Source of the DNA: Candidatus Harrisonbacteria bacterium
GTDB taxonomy: Bacteria; Patescibacteriota; Minisyncoccia; UBA6257; 02-FULL-45-10c
Reading direction: 5' to 3'
Length of the DNA: 64,000 bases
Assembly: GCA_016214655.1 (NCBI GenBank)
Contig: JACROC010000005.1
Coordinates: 195,078 to 259,077, forward strand
Shown here: positions 55,924 through 64,000 of the stretch, piece by piece
Position numbering within the stretch: the stretch's first letter is position 1
Layout of the letters: every line of letters begins with the position of its first letter
Notes under the pieces: generated by a model
What the model was told of the DNA's origin: nothing
The model's database searches: none
Seen by the model: the letters and a program-made list of their open reading frames with translations, nothing else
Position numbers and translations under genes: made by a program

Positions 55924-56124
55924 AATTCCGAAAATAGTATTGTCCGCCTATCAATTGGCAAGCGGTTTATGTTCATGAACCATAATATATTATTTTCCCT
56001 AATTGATAAGGGGAATTTTGATCTAGCCTCAAGGCTGGCTGACGAGTTTGTGGTTGAATACCACAGCGAGGAAGCATAACGCAGAAGATAGACAAAATTT
56101 CCTTACCCTTCGGGAATCTTGATT

Positions 56125-56430
56125 TCAATTTAGGGAAGATAACATGTTATGGGTCATATAATCTGGATTCTTATCTGAAACAAGATTTTGCTTATCCACA
56201 ATAGAAGAAAGGTTTCGGGAATCTAAGATTTGATACAGCTGATTGCGCAGATCGGCGTTGGTAACTTCCAATTTTTGTACAACTTTTTCTTGCAAACTAA
56301 TTTTGTATTTCAAACTGACATTAGAATTGTAAAAACGGATATTAAAAATGGCTAACATCAAAATAAGAACGGCAATATATAAAAATTCGTTGGTATAATA
56401 TCGATTTTTTGTTGGTTCAATGATTGTCAT
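56125..56430 (-). CDS. ftsL: FtsL-like cell-division protein (single TM plus coiled coil)
   Basis: The 101-aa ORF has one TM segment (FLYIAVLILMLAIF). Its position between rsmH and ftsI is as in dcw clusters. Confidence 0.5.
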   Translation of the reverse strand: MTIIEPTKNRYYTNEFLYIAVLILMLAIFNIRFYNSNVSLKYKISLQEKVVQKLEVTNADLRNQLYQILDSRNLSSIVDKQNLVSDKNPDYMTHNMLSSLN

Positions 56431-56437
56431 ATATATT

Positions 56438-57313
56438 TTAGAATATTATTGCTGCCCGGAGTTTCGCCGACCTAGAACGGGGGTTTTTTTTAATTTCCTC
56501 CAAGCTAGCGGTAATGGGTTTTTTAGTTAAAATTTTTAATCGACCCGCTTTGGCTAATTTCCTAAAACTGTTTTTCACTATCCGGTCTTCCAGTGAATGA
56601 AATGAAATAACTACTACCCGACCTCCAATTTTCAAAATCTTTTCTAATGAACCTAAAACTTTTTCTAAATTTTCTAATTCTTTATTCAAATAAATCCGGA
56701 ATGCTTGGAAGGTCCTGGTCGCCGGGTGAATCCGCCCATACTCATAAGACTTTGGCGTTGCCTGCCGGATGATTTCCGCTAATTGCCGGCTGGTAGAAAT
56801 CTGGTGCTTATTTCTAAAAATGGCTTCGGCTATTTTCTTCGCATAACGCTCCTCGCCATAAATGTTAATAATTTCTGCTAATTCCTCAATAGAAGCTTTC
56901 TTCAGAAAATCCGACAGCGGCTGCATTTTTTCGTCATAAGTCATAATCAACGGCTCATCGCTCCGGAAACTAAATCCTTGCCCGCTTCCTTCCAGCTGAT
57001 CCGAGGAAAATCCCAAATCCAGAAGCAAGCCGTCGGATTTAAAAAAATCATATTTCTCCATAATTTCCGGCAAATCGGCATAATTACCATGAACAATTAA
57101 AAGATTTTTCTGATTTTTAAATTCGTCCTTCAATTTTTCCACCGCCTTTTTATCCCAATCAACTATTAATAATCTTCCTTCCGGACCAGCGATTTTAGCC
57201 AATTCCCTGGCGTGACCACCGCCGCCTGCGGTTCCGTCAATCATTATTTCTCCCCTCTTTGGGTCGAGTAACTCAATTACTTCTTTTAAAAGAACAGAAA
57301 CGTGCGCCGTCAT
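56438..57313 (-). CDS. rsmH: 16S rRNA (cytosine1402-N4)-methyltransferase RsmH (MraW)
   Basis: It carries the motifs HVSVLLKEVIELL and DGTAGGGGHAREL. Confidence 0.9.
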   Translation of the reverse strand: MTAHVSVLLKEVIELLDPKRGEIMIDGTAGGGGHARELAKIAGPEGRLLIVDWDKKAVEKLKDEFKNQKNLLIVHGNYADLPEIMEKYDFFKSDGLLLDLGFSSDQLEGSGQGFSFRSDEPLIMTYDEKMQPLSDFLKKASIEELAEIINIYGEERYAKKIAEAIFRNKHQISTSRQLAEIIRQATPKSYEYGRIHPATRTFQAFRIYLNKELENLEKVLGSLEKILKIGGRVVVISFHSLEDRIVKNSFRKLAKAGRLKILTKKPITASLEEIKKNPRSRSAKLRAAIIF

Positions 57314-57741
57314 ATACCGAGCCCCTCCAAGTTTTCTGCAATGTCCTCCGAAGAGGCCTCGGTTTTATCTTTATACTTCTTCCAGCTTTCCTCATCCCAG
57401 ATTTCCAAACGATTATATAAGCCAGCTATCACGGTTTGCTTTTTTAATCCGCCATATTCGCGCAAATAATCAGGAAGTAAAATCCTTCCCTGAACATCCA
57501 AATTTACTTCCATCGCACCGCCCAACATTAAACGGCTAAATGCCCTGGAATTAGCCTGGGATATCGGCAGAACTTTTATTTTTTCCGCTAATACATCCCA
57601 TTCTTTTTTTTCAAAAACAAAAAGACAGCGATCCAGTCCGCGCGTTACAATCGCGCCATTTTTAAAAGCCTCGCGGAACTTCGCCGGTACCGCTACTCTG
57701 CCCTTATCGTCTATTGAATGTTTAAATTCGCCGATGAACAT
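57310..57741 (-). CDS. mraZ: transcriptional regulator MraZ
   Basis: MFIGEFKHSIDDKGRVAVPAKFRE is the canonical MraZ start (SpoVT/AbrB-like). The ORF track extends to 57795, but the Met at 57741 matches the family start. Confidence 0.85.
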   Translation of the reverse strand: MFIGEFKHSIDDKGRVAVPAKFREAFKNGAIVTRGLDRCLFVFEKKEWDVLAEKIKVLPISQANSRAFSRLMLGGAMEVNLDVQGRILLPDYLREYGGLKKQTVIAGLYNRLEIWDEESWKKYKDKTEASSEDIAENLEGLGI

Positions 57742-57910
57742 ATATTTAGGTTGATTATCCCCAGATTTGAGGGTTATCCCCATACTTATCCACAATTCCC
57801 CACTACAATTTAATTGTACCCCACTAAGGTCAAAAAATAAAATAGCTTAAAATAACCAAATTCCCTTCAATTTCCCTCTTAAAAGCCCGTTTTTATCCTC
57901 AAGTTATCCA

Positions 57911-58062
57911 CACCCCGTGACCATAACAAGAATTGCTTGCAGTTTAAGAGCGGATGACCGGAGTTAAGTTGATGTCTTAATCTTGGAAAATCATGTATCG
58001 ATTGCCATACCATATTTGCAAGAATGAGCGCTAGATTCTTGTTATGGTACGGGGCACACCCC
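57911..58062. repeat. about 150-nt element bounded by about 28-bp imperfect inverted repeats (ccccgtgaccataacaagaattgcttgca ... tgcaagaat-gagcgctag-attcttgttatggtacgggg), upstream of mraZ
   Basis: Long terminal inverted repeats enclose about 70 nt. Both ends also carry cacacccc. Confidence 0.6.
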
Positions 58063-58141
58063 CCAATAAAAATTTGTAATCCCCCATAAAATCAACTATT
58101 ATCTTATAAGCTCTCAACGATGTGAAAATGGAGAATGTTAA

Positions 58142-58384
58142 ATGGTACCAAAAGATAGCGCTTTTTTCCTCAGCCTGGACTGGGATACTATAAACATTAA
58201 GACCCCTTTTTCTAAAGATGAAAACGGAATCAAAAAGGTTACTTCAATAACGGCCTGGCCGGATAACCCGGAAGCTGATAATCCAGAAAATTCAGAGGCA
58301 GCCTTCCGACTTGACCAAAGCACCAATACCGCCCACAGCTTTCTATACCGGAAAAACATGTGGAAAGAACCTACGCCAAATTGA
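58142..58384 (+). CDS. small hypothetical acidic protein (80 aa)
   Basis: GGAGAA lies 9 nt upstream of the ATG. A weak hairpin plus T-run follows (aaccgg-actaa-ccggcttttt). No family was recognised. Confidence 0.35.
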   Translation: MVPKDSAFFLSLDWDTINIKTPFSKDENGIKKVTSITAWPDNPEADNPENSEAAFRLDQSTNTAHSFLYRKNMWKEPTPN

Positions 58385-58454
58385 AAATCGGAATTGAAAT
58401 AATTATTACCCCCATACAAGAACAAAAACCGGACTAACCGGCTTTTTATATTTG

Positions 58455-58526
58455 TGGGCGCTACAGGGATCGAACCTGTGAGCTCTCGAATGTGAATCGA
58501 GCGTTCTACCACTGAACTAAGCGCCC
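58455..58526 (-). tRNA. tRNA-Val (anticodon CAC)
   Basis: The hand-folded 72-nt cloverleaf has acceptor GGGCGCU/AGCGCCC, D-arm GUUC-AGUGGUA-GAAC, anticodon loop UUCACAU and T-arm ACAGG-UUCGAUC-CCUGU. Confidence 0.85.
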
Positions 58527-58543
58527 GTGAAATAACTATAAAT

Positions 58544-58575
58544 AAAAAATACCCCGATTTCAATCGGAGTATTTT
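58544..58575 (-). terminator. intrinsic terminator downstream of rplL (ataccccgatt-loop-aatcggagtat plus U-run on minus)
   Basis: The hairpin lies 6 nt after the rplL stop and is followed by an A-run on the plus strand. Confidence 0.5.
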
Positions 58576-58580
58576 TTATT

Positions 58581-58955
58581 TTATTGAAGTTCAGCGGTGG
58601 CTCCTGCGCCCTCAAGCTTCTTCTTCAGATCTTCCGCCTCTTCTTTTTTTAGCCCTTCCTTTACAACTTTCGGAGCGGCATCGACTAAGTCCTTGGCTTC
58701 TTTTAAGCCGAGGCCAGTTACTTCCCGGAGAACCTTAATCACTTGGATCTTCTGGCCTCCGCCTTCTTTTAACAAAACGTTCCAGGCGGTTTTCTCTTCA
58801 GCCGCCTCCCCTCCTCCGGCCGCAGCTCCGCCGGCAGCCATCACCGGCATTGCCGCAGAAACTCCGAATTTTTCTTCCATCGCCTTTACTAATTCGGCAA
58901 GCTCGGTAACTTTCATTTCTCCAATTTTAGTTAATAAATCGTTATATTTTTCCAT
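58581..58955 (-). CDS. rplL: 50S ribosomal protein L7/L12
   Basis: It has an Ala/Gly-rich hinge and the C-terminal domain [24 protein letters not shown]. Confidence 0.9.
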   Translation of the reverse strand: MEKYNDLLTKIGEMKVTELAELVKAMEEKFGVSAAMPVMAAGGAAAGGGEAAEEKTAWNVLLKEGGGQKIQVIKVLREVTGLGLKEAKDLVDAAPKVVKEGLKKEEAEDLKKKLEGAGATAELQ

Positions 58956-58961
58956 ACGCTT

Positions 58962-59062
58962 ACGCTAACTATGATACTAATATACGAATTTTACTAATGA
59001 TACGAATATTTGTATTATTAGTATCATTCGCATGCATTAGTATATTGGTATCGCGTTAGGTT
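58962..59062. repeat. dispersed intergenic element, copy B (same family as 46681..46795), between rplJ and rplL
   Basis: It shares 5' and 3' blocks of about 40 nt each with copy A at 38/40 or better. The middle diverges. Confidence 0.7.
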
Positions 59063-59562
59063 AATTTTTTCGACCTCTCATTTAAGACTAATAATAATTT
59101 CTTAATTGGCATTGTTAACATCATCGCAACCTGCGCCAGCAATACTTCTCTTGGCGGCAGAGTGGCAATTGCCTTAAACTCATTAGAATCAACAACTCTA
59201 TTCTCATTGGCATCATAAGCTCCCGCTACCAAAAACTCTCCTTTTTTCTTTTTAGCCAAGTCCTTGGCGAATTTATGCACCAATCCGGCAACCGAAGTTA
59301 AATCGCCTTTAGAAAATATCGTGGCTAACTGGGTTTTTGTATTGGCGGGATCAAAAGAAACTCCGGTATTCTTCAGCACTAAATTAAGCAGTCTCTTTTT
59401 CAAAACTTTCACCTCTGCTCCAACTTTTTTCAATTCACCCCTGAGCTTTTTTAAATCCTCAACCAATACCCCATTAAATTCGGTAAAGACCAGAGATTTG
59501 CTTTCCTTAACTTTCTTGATGCCTTCCTCTATAACTGATGTTTTTTGTTTTTTAGTTAACAT
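59056..59562 (-). CDS. rplJ: 50S ribosomal protein L10
   Basis: The 168-aa ORF begins MLTKKQKTSVIEEGIKKVKESKSLVFTEFNGVLVEDLKKLRGEL. Its position upstream of rplL is as in the L10-L12 operon. Confidence 0.85.
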   Translation of the reverse strand: MLTKKQKTSVIEEGIKKVKESKSLVFTEFNGVLVEDLKKLRGELKKVGAEVKVLKKRLLNLVLKNTGVSFDPANTKTQLATIFSKGDLTSVAGLVHKFAKDLAKKKKGEFLVAGAYDANENRVVDSNEFKAIATLPPREVLLAQVAMMLTMPIKKLLLVLNERSKKLT

Positions 59563-59708
59563 ATTACTTAACTAACTATTAAATTAAAATAGACCTTTCG
59601 GTCCATAGACAACCACAATAAAAGTGGTAACTTCCTCGACGGGACTTAACAGTACCTTTTGTACAAATGCAGCGATATATTGGAAGCTCACAAATTAAGA
59701 TGAGATCA

Positions 59709-59863
59709 AGGCGCGACGACGAAACTGTGGTTTTAACCACGTTGAGGAGGAGCAACGCAGAGATCACTTAATTTTAAGCTTCTCTACGAGCCAGAATCTT
59801 TTTTCTTCTGGCGTTGTTGCTCGTCGCTAGTGTATCTAAAGATACACTTCGCTTCTCGCGCCT
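59709..59863. repeat. structured intergenic repeat family, copy 3 (AGGCGCGACGACGAAAC - hairpin gtggtt-tt-aaccac - GAGGAGGAGCAACGCAG ... CGTTGTTGCTCGTCGC - hairpin gtgtatc-taaa-gatacac - CTCGCGCCT), in the rplJ upstream region
   Basis: It shares the 5' box, the hairpin class and the GGAGGAGCAACGCAG box with copy 2. It shares the GTTGCTCGTCG and CTCGCGCCT boxes with copy 1. The 5' AGGCGCG is complementary to the 3' CGCGCCT. Confidence 0.6.
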
Positions 59864-60008
59864 AGCCAGAGAGAAAAAATCTTTCTGGCCAATAATCGTT
59901 GAATTTATATAAAAGGTACACTTGCCCGTTGTCTACGGATTAATAACTAGTATAGCAGGCTTATAAAATATGTCAACAAAAAACCGCCCAAGGGGGCGGC
60001 TTCGCCTC

Positions 60009-61274
60009 TTAGGCGGCTGACTCTTCTTTATAAAAAACTATTTTCTTCTTCCCGCTTCCCTCCTCAAATTTTACCAAAACTACATCATTGGCTTTCACTT
60101 CGCCCCGATTCTTCAATCGGCCAAGCGGCTCCCGAATATATTTGCTGATTTTATTCCTCAAAAGCCTGGCGCCAGACTGAGGTCGGTCAGAAGCTTCATC
60201 AACAACAAATTCTTTGACTTCCTGATCAAATTTCAAGAAGACTGGAAATTTCTTAGCAACCATTTCCGCAACTACCTCTTGAATCAACCAGTCAAAAATC
60301 TGAAGCAAAATTTCACGAGACAAAGGGCGGAAAACGCTGATACGATTAAATCTCCCGAGAAACTCCGGCCGGAAAACATTATATAACTCCTCCGATGCCC
60401 TGGAGTAAATCTCCTTATCAACGGTTTCTACTCCTTCTCCGTGCTTAAATCCCATTCCCCGCCGTCCCTTCAAAATATCAGATATCTGCTTGGAACCAAC
60501 ATTAGAGGTCATCAGAATCACCGATTGATTGAAACGAGTTACGTCTCCGTTAGCTAATTTGATCGTTCCCTTATCCATTATCTCCAATAAAAGATTATGC
60601 AAAGTTTCGTAAGCCTTCTCTACTTCATCAAATAAGAGTACGGAGCGATAAATATTTTTTTCCGGATCATAAGCGTATTTTATCCTAATGCCTACTATTT
60701 CTTTGGAGATCTCCGTCGCCCGATCACCGCTCTTGCCCCGATCATCCCTATTTCTGAAGATTCCTCTGCCGTCGCCGCCAATCTTCTGCAATTCATCAAA
60801 CAAAACAGCTTCGCGTTTCTTATCATCCGTATATTTTCTGCTCTTTTTTAACCTTTCCATCCGGCTCAAATAATCGTGCCTATCGATATTCCACTGCGAT
60901 AGCTGCGGTTCGGTGCCCCGATGCATGGGGTCGCTCGGATCGTAAAAACCAACATAGCCGGGCGGAGAGCCGATTAAATCGGCAACGCGATGCGGTTCGC
61001 TATATTGAGCGCAAGCAACTTTAGTAAACGCTTTACGCGAACCAAACAAATATTCAGCCAGAACTTCCGCCATCAAGGTCTTGCCGACGCCGGAGGGTCC
61101 CAAAAATAACACTATATAAATGGGCTTTTCCGGATCTTTTAAGCCGGAATTATAAAGATCAAACATATCCACCAGATCATCAATGGTCTTATCCTGGCCC
61201 TTAATTCTTGCCCGCATGAATTCTCTTAATTTTTCCGCTTCCTCACTGAATTTATCCGGATCCAGTTTTCTCAT
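60009..61274 (-). CDS. stand-alone AAA+ ATPase resembling the D2 (second nucleotide-binding) module of ClpA/ClpB/ClpC
   Basis: Walker A reads LFLGPSGVGKTLMAEVLAEYLFG. Walker B reads VLLFDEVEKA. A sensor-2-like region (GARLLRN) follows. No D1 or N-domain is present and the ORF is 421 aa. Confidence 0.65.
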   Translation of the reverse strand: MRKLDPDKFSEEAEKLREFMRARIKGQDKTIDDLVDMFDLYNSGLKDPEKPIYIVLFLGPSGVGKTLMAEVLAEYLFGSRKAFTKVACAQYSEPHRVADLIGSPPGYVGFYDPSDPMHRGTEPQLSQWNIDRHDYLSRMERLKKSRKYTDDKKREAVLFDELQKIGGDGRGIFRNRDDRGKSGDRATEISKEIVGIRIKYAYDPEKNIYRSVLLFDEVEKAYETLHNLLLEIMDKGTIKLANGDVTRFNQSVILMTSNVGSKQISDILKGRRGMGFKHGEGVETVDKEIYSRASEELYNVFRPEFLGRFNRISVFRPLSREILLQIFDWLIQEVVAEMVAKKFPVFLKFDQEVKEFVVDEASDRPQSGARLLRNKISKYIREPLGRLKNRGEVKANDVVLVKFEEGSGKKKIVFYKEESAA

Positions 61275-61376
61275 CTAAATCTCTGTATAAATTTTCAAAG
61301 TGATAACTATAATATAAATCAAAAAACCAAAGGTGGCAAACAAAAAGGGCTGCATTGCTGCAGCCCATGATAATGT

Positions 61377-63398
61377 TTATCTCCAAGGCAACTGAGTTAA
61401 TTCATCCACCTTCTTACAACGCTCAAGCACCATAGCGGTAGTCAGATTATCCGCGAAAACGAACTTCGCGTCTTCCGGAACAATATCATCGAAAAACTCG
61501 ATGGTGTCCGAAAGCAACTGACCCTGCTTATTCAGCTGGACCGAAACCTTGACCATTCCATGCTCAACCGCCTTATTGATATTATTCTCAAACTCCGTAT
61601 CTTTCAGCATCGCGGCGCTCATAACTCCCAGGATAGTCTTGCCAAAATGCGAAGTGTGGATGGAAGACGCCTCATGGAAATTAGCCACCATTACCACACA
61701 AAGCTGCTTCAAATCCCGATCCGGATAATATGCTAATGCTTTCTCGAAGAAGCTGGCTGTCTGCTGGATTCGGGCGCCCTTGTTCTGAGTATTACCCTGA
61801 CGAGGATGTTTAAGACCAATAACCGCGTCGGAAACCTTAATCGTTCGGCTCTCGCCCACCCTGATAATTTTTTCATTGATCAACTTAACCAACTCGTCAA
61901 AACGCACATCCGAAGCGCGATTCTCCGACTGCAAAAAAGCAGTCAGCAGCATCACCATTTCGGAGCGAAGTTTCAAATCAAAAATATGAAGCGCAATCGC
62001 GTCCTTAGACTTGCTGAATCGCGATTCATCATGGTTACCAACGTTATAAACGAAAGTAACCAGGCATTTCTGCAGCATCTCCTTGGTAGGAAGCTTTAAA
62101 GCAACCAGCCTTGCCCATCGGCGCCGGAAAATATCCAGCAGGATAATAGCCTGCATAATCGCAGCAGCGCTCTGATGCTTATCCGGACCATTCATCGTAG
62201 CCAGCATCTCGCCGTTATATTCGTAGTTGTGGGAAATACCCTGTTGGACATCGCCATTCAACACGATCACATCGGCATCGTCAGCCAATTCCGGCTCTTT
62301 CTTCAACACCGTGAAATAAAGCGCTTTCAGCGCGCCAACGTGCCAACAAGATTTAATAACAAACGTTAACGTCCGGGAATCTTTGGTAAACTGCTCCAAC
62401 GTCAGATTAGCCTCATTATGAAGCGACTCTCTGATCGCATAGCGATGGCCCTTTTCGTAATAAACTGCCAGCTTCTTTTTCTGAAGATCCTCGACAATTC
62501 CTTGAACCGTTTCTAATTCCCAAGGATTCCTGGCATTGCTATTCAAACGGAACTGAATAGTCTTCAAGCTAGCAGAGCTAGACTTGAGAACATCCAAAAC
62601 CTGCTTGTGTCGCCGAGACAAACCATCCGGCAAAGCCAGATTGTATTCATCGGCAAGAGCCGTCCGGAAATCATAGGTCGTAGAACGAATCCTGAATTTG
62701 TCGCCATCCTTCGTAATAGTAACAGCCACACAACCAACCATATTCTCCGTAGAAAGCTGATCATCCAGCTTATGAAGTGCCGGGACAGCAATACACGGAA
62801 CACCTTTGTAATAAGGCAAGTTAGAACCGGTACCAGTGCAGCCAACTAAGATAAGCGGCGGCTTGCCAGAACCAGTGCGCATGGCAAAACCATTCACTAA
62901 ACGCTGAAGCAATCCGGTAATATTCTCATAAAACCAAGGTTGCTTGCGCGGAACGATAACCCGCATCTCGCCGAAACCAGACAACTGGATCGGCATCTTA
63001 GTTTCCGGATTATCAGAAAGACGGATATCATCGCGCCGCTTACGGAGTTCATCCAAGATTTTATAACCGATCGGCCGGTCATAAATCTTTTCCGCTACCA
63101 CAATATGGTAATTAACGTCCTTGATCTTCGGCAAAAAGGAATCCAGAGACTCAATCATCTCCTGATAAAATTTCTGCCCCGCCTCTTCGCGCTGATTCTT
63201 TGGAACCTCGCTTAATCTAAGCTTGAGCAGCTGCTCCAGATCCTTGCCGGCGATCGTGTGACCGGCTCCAATAATGAATTTAGCGCCATGAAGATTAACA
63301 ACACCTTTTACCAGATTCATCAAATACTTGCGGCTCTTCACCGGGAAATTGATTCCCGAGATCACCACGAAAGTCACGGAACGGTTTTCCGCGGTCAT
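61377..63398 (-). CDS. large hypothetical protein with a central calcineurin-like metallophosphoesterase signature
   Basis: The 673-aa ORF carries VIVLNGDVQQG and FVYNVGNHDESRF, motifs of the GD/GNH(D/E) phosphoesterase class. Its flanking domains are unrecognised. The gene is about 50% GC, above the local background. Confidence 0.5.
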   Translation of the reverse strand: MTAENRSVTFVVISGINFPVKSRKYLMNLVKGVVNLHGAKFIIGAGHTIAGKDLEQLLKLRLSEVPKNQREEAGQKFYQEMIESLDSFLPKIKDVNYHIVVAEKIYDRPIGYKILDELRKRRDDIRLSDNPETKMPIQLSGFGEMRVIVPRKQPWFYENITGLLQRLVNGFAMRTGSGKPPLILVGCTGTGSNLPYYKGVPCIAVPALHKLDDQLSTENMVGCVAVTITKDGDKFRIRSTTYDFRTALADEYNLALPDGLSRRHKQVLDVLKSSSASLKTIQFRLNSNARNPWELETVQGIVEDLQKKKLAVYYEKGHRYAIRESLHNEANLTLEQFTKDSRTLTFVIKSCWHVGALKALYFTVLKKEPELADDADVIVLNGDVQQGISHNYEYNGEMLATMNGPDKHQSAAAIMQAIILLDIFRRRWARLVALKLPTKEMLQKCLVTFVYNVGNHDESRFSKSKDAIALHIFDLKLRSEMVMLLTAFLQSENRASDVRFDELVKLINEKIIRVGESRTIKVSDAVIGLKHPRQGNTQNKGARIQQTASFFEKALAYYPDRDLKQLCVVMVANFHEASSIHTSHFGKTILGVMSAAMLKDTEFENNINKAVEHGMVKVSVQLNKQGQLLSDTIEFFDDIVPEDAKFVFADNLTTAMVLERCKKVDELTQLPWR

Positions 63399-63473
63399 TT
63401 CACCCTCCTTGAATCAGTTATCGAACTGCTGATAAGAGTGTAAAATAAAAACTCCTAAAAGTCAACGTGAAAA

Positions 63474-64000
63474 TTAAGATTCCGGAACAGCGAAGGTGAA
63501 AGTACTGCCTTTGTCTAATTCCGATTCCACCCAGATAGCGCCGCCATGCGCCTCAATAAATCGCTTCACTAGATAAAGCCCCAAACCGGCGCCATCGGCA
63601 ATTTTCTTAACGGCATTTTTAGCGCGAAAAAATTTGGTAAATAATTTCGGCATATCCTCTTGAGCAACGCCAATGCCGGTGTCCTTAACGCTGAAAACCA
63701 GAACTGGTTTGCCTTCTGATTCCCCCTCCCAGATACTCACTATTACCTTGCCTTTTTCCGGCGTGTAATGAATAGCATTTCTAATTAAAATCTTGCAGAT
63801 GCGGTGAATCTTTGTAGGATCCAATAATACTTCTTTCAGCGGGGCCTTACTCCGGTCAAAGATCACAGACACCCTTTCCCGTTCAGCTTCTTTCTCCTGT
63901 TCTTTCAAAACGTCTGCAACAATTTCCCACAGCTGGCTCGGCTTTTTTTCAATCGCTAAAGTTTTTCCTTCAATGGCCAAAACGTCATAAACATCCTCAA
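63474..64000 (-). CDS. sensor histidine kinase, C-terminal HATPase_c domain (N-terminal part beyond the window edge)
   Basis: The G1/G2 boxes read VKDTGIGVAQEDMPKLFTKFFRA and GAGLGLYLVKRFIEAHGGAIWVESE. The ORF is open to the window end. Confidence 0.75.
   Translation of the reverse strand, partial: EDVYDVLAIEGKTLAIEKKPSQLWEIVADVLKEQEKEAERERVSVIFDRSKAPLKEVLLDPTKIHRICKILIRNAIHYTPEKGKVIVSIWEGESEGKPVLVFSVKDTGIGVAQEDMPKLFTKFFRAKNAVKKIADGAGLGLYLVKRFIEAHGGAIWVESELDKGSTFTFAVPES

Noticed and set aside
58138-58563. 141-aa minus-strand ORF
   Set aside because: It runs straight through tRNA-Val (58455..58526) and the rplL terminator. It is an artefact of an ORF-free AT-rich stretch.
1-64000. CRISPR arrays, rRNA genes, transposases or integrases
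   Set aside because: No regularly spaced direct repeats with unique spacers were seen. There are no rRNA-conserved strings and no DDE or tyrosine-recombinase ORFs. The repeats present are palindromic or inverted arrays, not CRISPR.

Overview
This 64 kb window is AT-rich (about 40% GC), gene-dense and mostly coded on the minus strand. Its streamlined housekeeping genes suggest a small-genome bacterium, possibly Patescibacteria/CPR; that is inference from gene content, with no database search.

Housekeeping content read from the ORF translations:
- Ribosomal and translation genes: S13, L36 (found by hand, not in the ORF track), IF-1, L28, L21, L7/L12, L10 and EF-P.
- Replication and transcription: the dnaG-rpoD pair, dnaB and recR.
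- A heat-shock operon hrcA-grpE-dnaK-(membrane protein)-dnaJ, with a CIRCE operator upstream of hrcA.
- A division/cell-wall block mraZ-rsmH-ftsL-ftsI-murF, plus murC.
- Aminoacyl-tRNA synthetases: a short alaS, a short aspS lacking the insertion domain, and cysS.
- Other: secD and secF, ndk, an archaeal-type UMP kinase, mnmA, a ComEC split into two ORFs, a cyclophilin, and a TraG/VirD4-like ATPase with a membrane partner.
- Four tRNAs: Pro-GGG, Lys-UUU, Glu-CUC and Val-CAC.

The main accessory system is a complete diversity-generating retroelement (DGR) at 26984-29800. It comprises a reverse transcriptase with the DGR-specific LGNLTSQ motif, an Avd homolog on the opposite strand, a 126-nt template repeat (TR) and a variable repeat (VR) at the 3' end of a GC-rich (about 57%) target gene. 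All 15 TR/VR mismatches are adenine-specific. An 11-nt poly-C tract sits in the RT/avd divergent promoter region, and a 15-bp hairpin follows the VR.

Further observations not explained by coding genes:
- Two GC-rich, ORF-free blocks that end in minus-strand intrinsic terminators (about 7476-7930 and 30752-31090). They are candidate structured ncRNAs whose class I could not settle by eye.
- A three-copy intergenic repeat family carrying a hairpin with compensatory changes.
- A two-copy element of about 100 nt upstream of grpE and rplL.
- A class of inverted short-repeat arrays in gene-upstream regions; one of them sits in-frame inside mnmA.
- A guanylate-kinase homolog with an unknown 150-aa N-terminal domain.
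- A GC-elevated 673-aa protein with a metallophosphoesterase motif.

No CRISPR array, rRNA gene or transposase was seen.
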